From Paramecium tetraurelia (lineage: Eukaryota): a DNA stretch of 64,000 nucleotides. Below, one piece after another: positions 12,470-27,052 of this stretch. The stretch is from the NCBI GenBank assembly GCA_000165425.1, contig CT868152.1, positions 372,001 through 436,000 on the forward strand, written 5' to 3'. Made by a program: the position numbers and the translations under genes. Position 1 is the first letter of the stretch, and each line of letters begins with the position of its first letter. The notes beneath the pieces are model-generated. The model had not been told where the DNA came from and did not search any database. It saw nothing but the letters and a program-made list of their open reading frames with translations.

Positions 12470-14432
12470 ATGAGTCAAGAAAATGTTGATGGGTCTATAG
12501 ATTTTGTTATAAGAAGTAGTAAAGAAGAAGACAAAGAAAATGATTTTAACGTGAAATATCGATAGCATTAAAAAAAAGGAAATGGTTTATTCTATAAATC
12601 TTTTGTTTAAAACTTGAGTCTTCTAAAAAGTTAAAAATAATTAGCATCATATCCATAATTTGTATTCATAGATAAATTCACAACATTAAGGAAACCATAA
12701 ATTAAAAATAAATCATGGAATCAATGGGATACTTACCTAGGGATCATTAATTTAGTATGTTTGCTAATATTTTATTTTTCATTGGTCTTTTCAAAGGAAT
12801 ATCCAAACGAAGAACTTTATGATCAATTTATTTTCAATTAAAATCAAGGAATTATAGAGGACATTATTGTTTTGAATTCTAGTATTTTATGCCCATCGGA
12901 GGTAATATAAATTATATGATTTTAGTATGAATCTCTTTTCAATTATAATTGGCCTGGCACTTCGGTAGGTTGCGATTGTACTTAAAAATTATCCCCATCA
13001 GAAATATCGAGTTAAGCAGTGTTTACAGAAAATTTTAAAAAGGAAAGGTAATGTGAGTAATCAGAATTGCAAAGAGGATGCAAGACAATGTTTGAAATTA
13101 AAGAGAAGAGCTTAATATTACTAAACGATAACAATTATTCAAAACGTAAATGATGAAATATAGTTAGCATTCCTACTATGTGCCAAAAGAAATTAGAATG
13201 TATCATTAAGATATAATTTTACTTATTGTCAATTAGAAAATAAGACTATATGCGGATCTGGAGAATAAACCTATTGTCTTCCCCCTGAAGTGGAATGTCC
13301 AATTACAGAAATCGGATTTAATACTAACTTTGATAACTAGAATTCGAAGTTTAAAGATAACCCAAAACTTGGGAAAAGTTTTAATGTGTCCAATCGTCTT
13401 CAATTTTATTATACCAAGAACTAAACCTTCATGCCTATTTCCTAAATTTAAATCACAGAGACTGAAGCAGTTTGTAAACTAAATTCGCAAAATAATATAT
13501 CTCCTAATCGATCTGATTATTACCTTATGAAGATTCAAAGGAAGAATTGTTAAGAGAACGACACTTAATTTAAAATTGTTAGTCGCATTAATGAGGACCA
13601 ATTCTATCTAGCCAATAATTTATTATACTTAAATCGCTCATTGTCTTATTTTAAGACAAATAGTTCTATCATTTGGTCCTTGCAAACTAAATCTTACACT
13701 TAAATTAAAGACAGTTGTTAATTTGGATCGGAAGATAAGATTTCTCAATATGAATAGTTTATAAGAAAGATAGATCTTGAGGACTATCGTACTCTAAGAT
13801 AAGTTAATTCTTTCCTAATCATACCAATTTTATTGTTGATTCTAAAATTCTTTCATCTAGAAATTGAAGACATTGATCTCAATAAGCTCAAGACAATCAA
13901 AAGATCTAAAATTATTGTACTTTTAACTTTAAGATTTGTTAAATTATCAATTCACCTTTCAATATCAGCATTGGTTTTAAATTATGATTTAAAATTAAGT
14001 CAATATATAGAACATTTTACTGACTTTATTAACTCATAGTGTATAGTTACTGAATTAGCTTCTAACATCTACGATTTTGAATAGCTTTCAGATTCAGTTT
14101 TGTTTAAAGTTAGTGAAGTATTGCTCGCAATTATTGTATAATTTTTTTTTTGTTTATACTTTCTTTTGTAAATTTGTAAGATTTTACCTATAAGAAGATT
14201 AAATACCCAGAGATAGATATCCGAACATGAATTTAAATAACAAAATTAATAAAACAATTAATAAAACAACTAATAAAACGATTAATCAAACAATTAATAA
14301 CGTAGAATAGCAAATCGATTTTATAAACCTACATAGGTTATTCCAGATAGAGAATCGGAGGATTCCGAAGACGCACATATTAGGGAAGATCAAAACAATA
14401 ATTAATTTTAAGAGATGGGCTAATAAAAATGA
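12470..14432 (+). CDS. Multi-pass membrane protein with Cys-rich extracellular region (ciliate family)
   Basis: N-terminal TM, then LCPSEYESLFNYNWPGTSVGCDC and YCLPPEVECPITEI, further TMs and a Q/N-rich tail. Confidence 0.75.
14241..14300 (+). repeat. Imperfect 12-bp coding tandem repeat (QNNQ units)
   Basis: About 5 copies of taaaacaattaa-like units encoding QNNQ/QNDQ/SNNQ. Confidence 0.6.
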
Positions 14433-14979
14433 TGAATGAATCCCAAATTAAACCAATATTGTATTATGGCTTAATATTTCAGTTTATTTGAATGTATTAG
14501 ATTTCTATCATTTGATTATGCTTTAAACTCTGTTTTATTCTTCAAATTTCTCAATTGTTTCATAAATTTGATATTATTAATCAAATAACATCTTCATTTA
14601 AGAATATGCAATCAAATTTCATATTTTTCTACTTATTTTTCTTCAAACTGTAAAGAGTTTACAAATTCAAAGGTGAGAAATACTTCTTTATGAGAGATAT
14701 TAAATAAATTTTAAAAATTTATAATTTAATGACATTTAATAGAACTTAGAAAGGCATTTTTTATATCCTATAATTTTTAAAATTTGTTAATTCTAGATTT
14801 AGACAGTACTAATAATAAAATTTCTAAAAGTCCACTATTCTTATTTAAATTAACAAGGGATTACTCTCCATTTAGTAAATTAATAGTTTGTAATTAATAA
14901 AGGCAAGCAATAATATTTTGAAAGATTCCTCACAAGACAAAAATAACAGATTTATTTATTTTATGAAATGCATATAAAC

Positions 14980-17180
14980 TCAAAATGACATAACAATTTA
15001 TTTAACATTATTTGATTTGATTTCTTTTAATAGTTTCTCCAATTGGGTTCCGTTAGTTTATTTAAATGCAATCAATATTTAGAGTTAAATATTTTCTAAA
15101 CTTGATTGAATTACGACATCTATTGATATTAAAATTAATAAACCTTGTTCTTAATCGATCATTTTTGTCAAAATGGTGTTTATTTCCTTAACGCTCTCGT
15201 AGGTGCAATCTTGTACTTGATCTAATTTTGTCTATTTTCTGAAAACATCGTTTATTGCGATGAGGACATTATAAATTTTAAACACCTTTATATTAGAGAT
15301 AAATTTACTTCTGGTTTCTATTTAATTAAGTCGTTTAACCAATTGACAACTTATAAATTACTGATAACTTCTAGATTCAAAAACTCCTTTAAGTATACTT
15401 TTAGATGAAAAACTGAATGATTCCACATTCTAAAAATTGTATTGAGCATGATTTCACCTAATTTTTCAGGTTTAATTATGTTTGGCTACAACAAAAATGA
15501 GAGATATCTTTTGCTTAAAACATTCAAATGAGTAATGGATTTGGATATACATTAGAATAGACATTCTATAAAGGTTTGAATGACAGCATCTGGATTTGGA
15601 TTGGTGATCTACTTTAATTATTCAAGCATATCAACTCCATTCAATTTTTGTTATAGATATGAATTAATCTTCTCTGCCAAACTATGTTATTCAATATCTA
15701 AAGGTTTAGTGATATCCGGTAATTAATTATACCAATCGATAATATTCTTGGGTACCAAATCTGTAATCTTCTCAACACTAACCAATAGAAATAGTTTTCT
15801 AAATATCATAATAACTAGGTAATTATTGAAGCTATCTGTTTCATCAGGGTTGTACTTTCCGAAATACTTATCCCAATTCAATTTAAAATTGGAATTGCAA
15901 AAATAATGTGATAAGCAATCACTTAGTTGTTCTACAATCAAGATATTATTTTGTGGGATTTAGTCAATGAATTGTTCTATAGTTTCATTCCATTCCTTTA
16001 TGCTATCTGAATTTCTCTAGCTTAAATGAGTTAGTAGTCCACTGTAGAAGGCGGAAGATAATTAGTCTTTTCTTGGAACTACTTCGATAGCCATATTTAA
16101 CAAGGTGAAAATCAAGGTTTATCTGAATTGAACTCTAATATGGATGATATTAAATACTCTTAAGTTGGTGACATTTTAATGCAATTCTAGTACAATTAAA
16201 ATTGGAATACGATTTACTATCTATTGGTTTTGAATAGATCAATAGTTTCATAGATCCATTATCTGGTGATTTCTATTTGAACATCAGTTTTATTGCTGTT
16301 TTGTGATCTAATTTCATCATTGAGAACCAAAATCTATTGAGGTCTCCAGATTTAGGTTCTTTTTACTATAGGGATCTTGAAACCTCTTCTCAATTGTCTG
16401 ACTTAAGTCATTTCATCAGGAAACAACAAATAAGGTCTTGGATATGAGGTTTTCAAGAATTGTTAAAATATTTAGGTGTGGGCATCCTTCTCTTAATTGT
16501 TTAAAAAGTTGCGTATGGATTGCCACAGATGAAATAATCTATCTTCAGTTTTTCTCTTGGTCATTAAGACTTCAACATTCTATATGATATTTTTGAATTC
16601 AATCTAATTCTTCTCCATCGCCTTAATCATAGCATGAGGGAGTGTTGTTAACAATATCTGGAGATAGAATGGAGATTGCTCATTCTCAGCCCCTCCTTCC
16701 AAATCATACAAGCATTCTACAAAACTCACAGTATTAAGCAAACCAACGTTCATCAATTCACTGAGAAATTTGAGGATAGTTTATCCCAATATAGGTGTTT
16801 CTTCTTAGGCAATTTAGGGAAGATGTTCAAGTAGTCCAAGTATGATCTAGTCTGTCAAGGATTGTGTGGTCTAATTAAAATATTGACTTCATTGACAATT
16901 ACCTATTTAGTTGATAACAATGCCAATATCGTAGCATATATTCCAGCTTTGAGTGGCAACAATTTTGCACATTAAATGAATGATTAAATCATCGCATCTT
17001 TCACTTCTTATTTGTTTTATTAATAATATTCCCCTAAAACATCAACTATTTTTTAGAGATCCTTTTTGAATGTATCTGCACCATCATCACCTGCTTTGCA
17101 TATCTAACATTATTCAATCTAATTACCAATTATCTTATTCTATTTATTTCTGGTGGTATTTGATGTGATATTTGTAGCAT
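14980..17180 (-). CDS. NCBP1: Nuclear cap-binding protein subunit 1 (CBP80, MIF4G-like)
   Basis: LICKAGDDGADTFKKDLQKIVDVLGEY...CAKLLPLKAGIYATILALL resembles the CBP80 N-terminus. About 720 aa, helical. Confidence 0.82.
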
Positions 17181-17225
17181 TTTAATATAAATTAATATTT
17201 AATTAAAATCAATTCTTCATAACTT

Positions 17226-18186
17226 TCATAATTAAATAAAACCATTCCAAATTTCTCTATCATTCACTCTCTTCATTAAATCCTTCTCACTCAATTAATC
17301 ATTAAATCCCACGAATATTTGTCCCATGTACAATTCACTATTATTTTTTATTTTCCAAATCTTTAAAATCAATGGATCATTCTAATATCCTTCATATTAT
17401 TGTTCATTCATAGGCACTTTAAAACTGAGTTACTAGAATTATTCAAATGTCACAGAATCTAAATTAATATCAATCAAATTACCTGTTCTATGTAATAATT
17501 GATCTTTTAAATGTGCTTCCACACAATACAAACATTCTGTCTTCTAATCTTTGTTTTATAACTATTTAAACTCTATATAATATGTATACTTCTTTGTTAA
17601 ATACGACTAATTTGAATGCGATTGGCACCTCTGTAAATATTGGTCCACAATCCTTTATTAACTTATTCGAAGTAGTCTTAGATTTGTTTTGATTTCTCAA
17701 TCTACTAGCATACATCATATTTTATTCGTGTTTAGCATAAGATTTATCGAATTCCTTTTTCTTTATCACAGATGGCAAGTGCAAGATCCTCTTCCCCAAT
17801 CTTATATTCTCTAACCCTATCTCATATGATTATTATTTTTGAGCTGTTGCAATTAAGGACTTCACTGTCTTTGATTCATGCACTTTTCTAGTTTTAGAAT
17901 CTGCTGTAATCAGTTTTTTTGCTAATACATTATCCGATTAATATCTAAACAATTGAGTTTACTGTTCCATAAATTTACGAGTCCTCTCCTTCTATTAACG
18001 ATAATATTTTATCTAAAAAGTTATATTTTACTAAAGTACTCATACTTTGTTCATTTATTCATGCTCACTCTGACTCACTTAAAGATTAGCAGTAGTATTT
18101 TATATCTTCGAAACATGTTTGATATATTATTACTCAACCAAATGCTCCTAATATGCATTCTTTAAAATATAAGTAGGAGATTTCAT
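17226..18186 (-). CDS. Hypothetical protein with C-terminal C2-like domain
   Basis: MKSPTYILKNAYQEHL start; C-terminal PLILKIWKIKNNSELYMGQIFVGF resembles the final C2 strands. One intron at ~17458-17482. Confidence 0.6.
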
Positions 18187-18251
18187 AATATTATTTATAT
18201 CATTTATAATCAATATAACAGATTTATATATATATTTTGAATACGTTAAAT

Positions 18252-21240
18252 ATGTTAACATCATCCAAGCTATTCAGCAGTCAATCGTTATTAGAATGTA
18301 TCAAATTGCAATTAATATTTAGAATGTCTTATGGATATTTCTTCCAAAATTTTACTTGACTCTACTATTGAATCAAATAGGGATTCAAAAAACATCATCT
18401 TCAGCAGAATAAAGGAGATCACTCTTGAAACCTTTTCCAAATAATTTACTGATGAGATCCATCATTTGTAGGCAGAACTTAGATCTGAATAAGCTCTGAA
18501 TGATTAAATAAGGAGAGAATTTTTAGAAAGAGAATAAAGGATATTATAAGAATGCGATTCTAAATAAAGAGAATTTCAATTATAGTAGATTAGAGAAATC
18601 TAAAATCTCTAAGATTTGCTAGAAGCTCAGGAATCCTAATTTTAAGTATTCATTTTTTCAATCAAATTAGAAATATCAATTATAAAATGAGAAACTCAAT
18701 AAATAAATCAAAGAGATGTAAAACAGGGATATGTAACTACAAAATGAGAATATGAAGAATAAAAGAAAACCTTTAACTGAGTGATCAACGAAATAAATCA
18801 TTGAGTTCGGATATAAATGAGTACAGGTAAAAAAATGAAGCACTGAATTAATTAAATCAGCAATTAGACAGATAAAATAGAGATTTTAAGTTGGATTTTG
18901 AGAAGGTTCTAAAAGAGCTATCCGATTTGAAAAAAAAATCTTAATAATAGATTGATCTTAATGTTGAACTAGATTAAGAGATTGAGTCATTAAAGAATGA
19001 TAATGAAAGACTTAAAAGTAAAAAATTACAAGATTAATAAAAGTCTAAGGAATTATTGGATCAATTGAAAGAGAAGAGCAATAATAAAATTAATGACTTA
19101 AAAAATAAATTAAATTAAGCTTAAAATATCCAATTATATTAGTAGCAATAATTAGAAGAATTTTAGGAATAGATTAAGGAATCTGAAAATTAATTAAATT
19201 AATTACAAATAAATCATAAATAATCGACAAAATCACTGGAACATTAGTATAAAAACTAATTCCAAGAAATAGAAATTCAATTTATTAAAGAAAGGTAAAT
19301 CATAGAAGATAATCTAACAATTCAATTTGAATAAATTCTTTTATCTAAAGAAAAATTGATATAAGAACAAAACAGAGAACTCAAGTAAATAAAAGAAAGG
19401 CTCTATTAATATAGTTTAGAATTTGATGGTTTACAAAGACAATGTCAGCATTCATAATAATAAGTTATATCATTGTAAAGTGAGATATAATAATTAAATG
19501 TACATTCAGAAGAAGTTCAAAAATAAAATAGGGAATTAGATTTAGAATTATCAAAAAAGGACTTAAAATTAAAAAATTTACAATTAGAATTGGATGATAA
19601 TAAAATTGCCTCAGAATAAGCATTAAATAATTTAAGGGCGAATTAAAACTAATTAAATGAAATTGAGAAGGAAAAGCAGCAATATCAAAAATTATTTCAA
19701 TCAATTTCTGATGGGTTGGAAATAGAAATTCCTGGCAGTTTTTCATATTAAAAATTAGGCTAAAAAGTTGAATTGAAATTAAAGCAATTAAGGGATGAAT
19801 AATCACAAAAACAAGAAGAATTAAAGAAAATTAAAGAGTAATATAATTTAGAGATTTAAGAAAAAGAATCAAAAATGAAGTTATTATAAGATTACTGTAA
19901 TGATGAAAATAATAAGATATAAAAACTACTTCAAGAATAGTAGTTGGAGAACAGAAAATAGAAGAATGAATTCAAGTAAAAGTTAGATGAATAAGCTAAA
20001 ATTATCATTGAATTGTAAAAGGATCAAATCGAGAGTAATAACTAATAAGAGCTATTATAAATATAAAATTAAGAATTAGCTTAGGATCTTGAGAAAATAA
20101 ATGAAGAGTTAATAGCTGCAAAATAAGACATTAATGAGTTACTGAATAGAGAAAAATTTAATTCTGACGATTCAAAATAAATAATAAATTAAATCTTAAA
20201 TGAGAAGAGCTAAATATAGTTATAATTAGAAGAAGCGCTCTTTAAGCAAAAAACATTTAAATAAAGAATTTATCGGGTTTTAAATAATTAAAGAGAATTA
20301 ATGAATAAATAGATTTAGGATATTAAAAATATGTGTATAAACAAGTTAAAGTAAGTAGAAAGTGAATGCAAAATAATATTACAAAGCCTATTTAAATAGT
20401 AATTAATGATAACAGAGAATAAAATATAATTGATAGAAGCAGAGAAGGAATATGAAATTGAATCAATGAATTAAGATATCGAATTAAAAATTGAAAACCT
20501 TAAAAAATAATTTAAATAATCTGAATTAATATTATAGGAGGAAAGCCTATTAAAATTGAAATAAAAACAATAATAAATTGAGTCACTTGTTATGTCAAAA
20601 ACTAATGATATTGAGTTACAAAATCAAATTTAATTGTTAACTAGGGAAAATGAAGAATTATAGAAATAGTTATTACTTTAAGAATAATTGTAAATCGAAT
20701 AAAAGTAAAATTATGAATTAGAATTATATAATTTAAACAAACTAATTAAAGAATAATAAGAAGAATTGTATATATTCATATTAATTTAGAATATCTTAAT
20801 AATAGTTTTCAGAATAAACTATGAATAGAGAAAGGCAATACTTTGAATAACGATATCTGGATCTTAAATCAAGACAGGATAAAAAAATGGAATAAATTCA
20901 ATCAGATTATCAACTTCAAATTAACCAATTGGAGAATATAATTTAGTTGCCCTAAAAATAGGTATCACCAAGTAGAGTAACTCAGAAATCTCCATTTCAA
21001 AAATAATAAATCTTAGCAAGTATCAGAAATATATATCATTTAGTCAATAAACAATTTCACAGTAGTAGTACAATCATCAGTACTGGAATTAAGACTCCAA
21101 ATAAGTAGATAAAATAAATTGATAATACAGAGAAAACGATAGAGGATTTGAGATCAGAAATATAGTAGTAGAAGGAGAAATTGAGTAAAATGAAATTGTC
21201 ATTTACAGAAAGTTAGAAAAAACCTTATAGGAGAGTATGA
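18252..21240 (+). CDS. Large coiled-coil protein (~980 aa)
   Basis: Continuous Q/E/K/L-rich ciliate-code ORF from MLTSSKLFSSQ to KKPYRRV-TGA, with two short introns. Confidence 0.8.
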
Positions 21241-21330
21241 TTCTCTATTACTTTTTATTTATTTAATACTAGCAGCAAAAGATATAATTTATTATTGTAT
21301 AAATACATATTGAAACAGATTCTTGAAACT

Positions 21331-23184
21331 TCAAGAAATATATTCATATAATAGTTCAGTTATTGTATCATTAGGAATTAATCTTCTAAATTTATTTTTT
21401 TTTTTGATCTTCGTTGATTATGATGAACTATCTATATTATTGATGTAATTAGGCAGAACCAAGATTGTTTCAGAATTCTTTTTCTTTTTAATTTATTTTG
21501 TGATGTTAGTTTTTATCTTTTTTTTAGATGTTTTTGATGTAAGTATTTCTTCTGTTTCTGAAGACACTTTGAAGTTATTTATAAAATCTAGAGGGATTTC
21601 TTAAATTAACTTCCTTTTTTGGCTAACTAATTTTTCAGAAAGAGATTAATTATAAAGCAAATCTAAATTTCCATTTATTTCTAATAAGTTTCTCTTCAAT
21701 TGATAAATAATATCGGTTCTCTAACATCTGATACAGAAANNNNNNNNNNNNNNNNNNNNNNNNNNNNNNNNNNNNNNNNNNNNNNNNNNNNNNNNNNNNN
21801 NNNNNNNNNNNNNNNNNNNNNNNNNNNNNNNNNNNNNNNNNNNNNNNNNNNNNNNNNNNNNNNNNNNNNNNNNNNNNNNNNNNNNNNNNGACATATATAC
21901 TTTGCACATTGGGCAAACCCAATCTTTATCTGACATATCATAGTCATCACATTCACATCTTAAGCAATTATCACACAAATACTTTAAGCATTAGACTTTA
22001 TCATCTAACAATCAATATATTTAAATACTCTCAATTATATAATTTGCAGAATATAAGTCTTGATAAAACTTTTACATATTCTGATTTGATATGCAATATC
22101 TTTATTGGTTCAGTAAATCGTCATTGTATTAATGTAAATTCATATCAACATGATTATAAGTGCATTGTTTTTAGTTACTTTTTTCAATCATTTGTCTACA
22201 ATAGTGGCACATCTAAAGATCTTAATTTTATTCATTCTATTGTAATTCCTGACCCTATTCTGTTAAATTTATGCGAACTTCTCTCAATCTTTAAAGAGAT
22301 TCAAATTATTATAAACTTAACTCTATAGGATTCGGACTTAGATACCTATCTAAACTAACAGTAATCATATTATCTATTAAGAGTAAAATCAGGTAATACC
22401 TTTTTAATTATAGCTAACCTTCCCTATACTTTCGGCAACTTAGTAGTCTTCATACATTTAAATCAAATTATAAAGTTAATCTAATTCTTCTTGATGATGT
22501 TAAACATGATTTCTATAAATTTTCAGGGTAAAGTCTCCTGTTTTCTAAATACTGTATTGATATCTTAATGATTTATTTATTTCCGAGACGTGTGTTTACA
22601 ATCTACAAGAATAAAAAGATAAATACCTTTCAATATTTGAAGTATTTTTTAATTGTACTTATGTCAAATCATTTTCTAATTCCATAATCACTTAACTTAT
22701 TTAATCTGGCCAATCTATTTAGAAATGCAAACTTTATAATTTTTATTCTTCTTAATTATAAATGTCAATTTGTCTTTCTTCTGGCATCTGATGGATTTTT
22801 TGAATCAATTTTTAGCATCTCTCTAATTCATCAACAAGTTTATCTTCACAAACTACATCAACCATCTCTTCAATCAATTATTTGATTGGCTCGGATGATT
22901 TTTCTCTTTACATTAATATTAAATGCAAACGATGCATTAGATTGGATTCATTTAACTATTAAATCTTGCTTTTTTTCTTCTTTGATAATCTTAAGACTTT
23001 TTGTATCAATTCTTTTGTTTACTAGTTAGCATAATTGGGAACTAAATTTAGGAATTAACAGTTTACTTTGTTTAGATTGTTTTATCACATTACTCAAAGA
23101 AACAGGTGCTTCTATCATGAAATATTCCTCATGAATTTATCGCCAAAAAGTAGAAGTGAATTAGGAATCAACATTTTTATCCAT
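21331..23184 (-). CDS. Protein with C-terminal Cys-rich PHD-like zinc finger and basic tail (spans assembly gap)
   Basis: LCDNCLRCECDDYDMSDKDWVCPMCK-[gap]-FCIRC, followed by a Lys-rich tail. The 150-N gap preserves frame. Confidence 0.65.
21740..21889. other. Assembly gap (150 N)
   Basis: Run of n characters. Confidence 0.99.
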
Positions 23185-23779
23185 TTTTAATATTAATTGT
23201 CATATTAATAATCACAATCACCTAAAATCTATAATTATAATAAAACAAATCAAATGTTATTAAACATAGCATACACATTTGATTGATAATCTAGAGTTTT
23301 TGAGTTGTTTAAATTTGTAATAATACCCGAAACCCTAAAATTGCAATTAAATATTAATATTAAACTTAAAAAGACAGTACAAAATTTAAGTAAAACCTAT
23401 TTAGGTTTTAACAATATTTAATAGTATTATTAAAGTACTACTTTGTTTGATTTCAAATAAAACTGCTTATTTCTAAATAACTATTTTGATGAAAATATTG
23501 AACAATTTATATTGATGTTTACAAAAGATGAATTCGCAAACAACCAAGCATTAAAATATTGAATATACCTAATTAATTGACAACTCTTTTTAAAATATTA
23601 AAGATTTTTTATAAGAAAAGCATTTAAAAATTTAATATTTCCATTCTTAGTTGAAGAATGCAAAACATAAAGAAATTGCAAAAATAAAAAAATTCAAAAG
23701 TTGAATTTAATCATAATAACTTAAATTTATTAGGTTTATTAAAAAATATTTATAGTTTAGAAATAAATTAAATTGGTAA

Positions 23780-24070
23780 TCATTATTGTTATTATCTCCA
23801 TTTAAATTCCTGATTGTTCTTTTATCCTTATTTAAGGATCTTTCCAATCATATCCTTTTTCCTATAAGAATAATCTTAAAATTATTCCTGAATTGTTAAT
23901 CGCAAAACAAACCCAGAAAATACCATCCCATCCTATTTCTAAAAATAGTATTTTTGAAATCACAATAGTTTGATAAAAATTAGTTGCACTCTTGTAATTG
24001 AGGTTGTGTATCTATTCTTTAAGTGAGTATTCTAGTTTAAATCGCTCTCTTTGAGCTCTTCCATAAAATT
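23780..24070 (-). pseudogene. Remnant of MFS transporter C-terminus (oxalate/formate-antiporter-like)
   Basis: Isolated frame SATNFYQTIVISKILFLEIGWDGIFWVCFAINNSGIILRLFLQEKGYDWKDPQ looks like the last two MFS helices. No upstream part of the gene is present. Confidence 0.5.
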
Positions 24071-24205
24071 ATAATTTTTATTTGAATTTAAATATATCTT
24101 TGAGATTATATCAAGGAGTGAATTAAAATGTAAAGATAATTATCATATAATTATAAATTATTATAAATCCTAATTATTATAAATTCTATAATACTATATA
24201 TATAT

Positions 24206-25492
24206 TCATTTAACTTCTCCAAATAACTATTTCATTACATTCTGAACATTTTATGGGATGATGAATTTGTCATTTATAGTGCTGTTAACCTGAACTTTGG
24301 ACAGCTCTGTTGGCAACTCATTAAAAATATAGTTCATTTGATTCTCTATTGATGTTTCTAATAAGAAAAATTCAGATTCAATGTATTTCACGTATTCTTC
24401 CAAAAAGTTGTTTCCTTAGCTGAATAATAAGACATAAATTACTTTTTAATATTAATAAATTGGATATCACTATTTGACATGATAAAATTATGAATATTCG
24501 CAAATTCTCTGGCTCCATTCTATAACTATACTTGAGAATAAAATGTTGTATCGAAATTCACAAATATGTAGCATTTGTATTCTTAATTACTTTGTGACAC
24601 ATCATTAGAATTTTAGTAATTTTTAAATTGATAGCCATCCAAACTGAAATGAATAAAAAACAATTGAATCTGAGGTTATTCTTATTCTTCTTTCTTCACC
24701 TAAAAAAATGGGGCTATTATGTTAGTGAATTAAAAATCTTTAAAATAATTTTAATAAAATTGTGTCTTCATTGTTGGCAGTAGTTCTTCTTACTATTTGA
24801 TTTGTTAAATTTAGTGATCTTGTTAGTTTGATAAATACTCTTAGAAGAATGACAAACTAAATTTGAGATTATCTTCTAAATCATAGATGAATAGGTATTA
24901 ATAAGGAAACTTTTTTCTTTCAATATCATTCTTATAATATCGCAAGGTTCTTAAAGTGAATACTCTCTCCTTCACAAGCATGTTATAATACCTAATATTC
25001 TATGTCAATTCTTACTGCAATCCTATTATTTAGTCCTTTAATTGTGAACCATCCTTATATCCTTAGAGATGTGCGATGGTAAACAATATTCCCCATCTAA
25101 TGAAGTGCAAGCCATATTAAAATTTTTCAATCTCATTAATTGAAAACTAGTTTTCTCCCTATTATTGAATTACTCTTCTTTACTTTCACATTAAATAATT
25201 CAATAAGTCCAAAATCTATTTCTATTAGCTTCGGTCCATAAACTCTGTAAAATTCTTTAAATTCTCTTAAATTATAAGACCTCTTCAATAGAGTCTTAAG
25301 ACTTTAAATATCAGACTTAAGACATCTGTATTTCGACTTTATCAATTAGACATTTATTTGTTTTTGAATTGGTTCAGGCACTTTATTCGACACTTAATTT
25401 GGCACTTAATTTGATTCCTTCTGCTTAACTCTTACTGTGACTAATCCGTCATCCCTAGTAAAATCGAATCCTTTCACATCATAAGAGTTCAT
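24206..25492 (-). CDS. Hypothetical protein
   Basis: MNSYDVKGFDFTRDDGLVTV start. A 25-nt intron (gtaaagaagagtaattcaataatag) restores the frame; ends QLFGEVK-TGA. Confidence 0.72.
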
Positions 25493-25804
25493 TACAATTA
25501 ATCAAAAATTTATAGTATAAAATATATTTTCTATACCAATTCTCAAATTAAATAAGACAAATCATTTCGATAAAAGTGCTTTTGAAAATTGATTATAATT
25601 TATTTAATTGCTTCTCAATCATATTTTAGGAATCTACTTTCCTTCTTAATACCTGATAATTAATTATATTTTAATTCATTATAAAGTTGAAGTAATCGAT
25701 CATATCTTTAAATTATTCAACCTTTTAGGTATTTATTAAGTTTGAATACAAAAAAATGTTTATTATATCTAACTAAATAGTTATTTTAATAAAATAATTT
25801 AATT

Positions 25805-26757
25805 ATGGGCGATATTGATATCAAAGATGATGAAAAGACTTTATCATTATAAAATTAAAATTTGACACAGATTGCAGTAAGTAAACAATCATCCAATAGA
25901 TCACTCTAAATAACCAATTTAATGCATCAAATAATACAATTAAATAAATGAGTGGAATATCTATTTTTCGCAATTTAAGAGTTTTAAATTTATCCAATAA
26001 TCAAATTAAAAAGATATTTGGCTTAGTAAATTTAACATAATTGTGTGCTTTGATTTTAAATAACAATTTTAAATTCAATTAATCTAAGGATTAATAAAAT
26101 GCTTAGAGTTGAATACCTTAATCTTATCTAACAATCAAATAATAACTGTATAAGGCATCTCACACTTAATTAAATTAGAGAAATTATAGTTATCTCATAA
26201 CTAAATAGAATTAATCAAAGAACCAAATATTATAGGATTTACATAACTGTAAATGTATGAATATTGAACAGTTAAGTGTTAACAATAACAAATTACAGGA
26301 AATCAGTGCATTTTTTTCATAATTGACAAAACTAAAGAGACTTGAGATAGGAAAAAATGAAATTAAAGATCCTTTATAAATACTTGTTCTAAGTGATCTA
26401 AAATTAATTCATTAAATGTTGCAGGTAATCCTTGTTCAGAAAAGCCTATTTCAATTGCAATTAAATTTCTAAGAATTAGATTCATCAATAATTTAGCAGC
26501 TGGGAAGTTTTGGAATAACATAAATCAAAAATTCCTTAAAAAATCATAGAAAAAACTGAAAAAGTTAAAAAAGGATTACTTAGCCAGTCGTTTCATATGA
26601 TTTAGAACAGTAATAAGAATAGGAAGCTGTGATAGTGTAAAATTCAAAAAGAAGTTCTATTGTGAAAATTGAAAAGAAAAAGTAGATTGATAAGAAATAA
26701 AAATAACGAATTAAAAATATTAACTTAGGTCAGGAGCCTGAAATAGAAAAGTGGTGA
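25805..26757 (+). pseudogene. Leucine-rich-repeat (SDS22-like) gene with frameshifts
   Basis: LRR units LRVLNLSNNQIKKI, LCALILNNN, LNTLILSNNQI, LEKLQLSHNQI and LNVAGNPC fall in different frames. Shifts near 26070 (premature TGA 26110-26112) and near 26408 are not explained by introns. Confidence 0.7.
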
Positions 26758-27052
26758 CTTTATATTTGTGTATTAATATTTTATATATGATTCTGTAACT
26801 TATTAACAAAGATTCAAATATGTGGCATATTGACATAATTTGGATAGGATGCATTAATAGTTAACTTATAGGTTCTTGGGTATTGAAATGCGATTTCAGG
26901 AATTTTTTAACGATTTCTTATTGTTTAAAATAGTTTTAATTATTATAATAATTCATTACTAAAAATAAGAAGTTTTCACTACTTTCTGACTAAAATTCAA
27001 GTTAAATTCAAAAATACTGAAATTTAATGTAATGACTATCATTAAATTAATA

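Noticed and set aside
21650..21978. Overlapping ORFs across the N run
   Set aside because: Artefact of translating Ns; only the minus-strand zinc-finger frame is supported.
24206..25492. Apparent frameshift or pseudogene
   Set aside because: A canonical 25-nt intron near 25159-25183 restores the frame.
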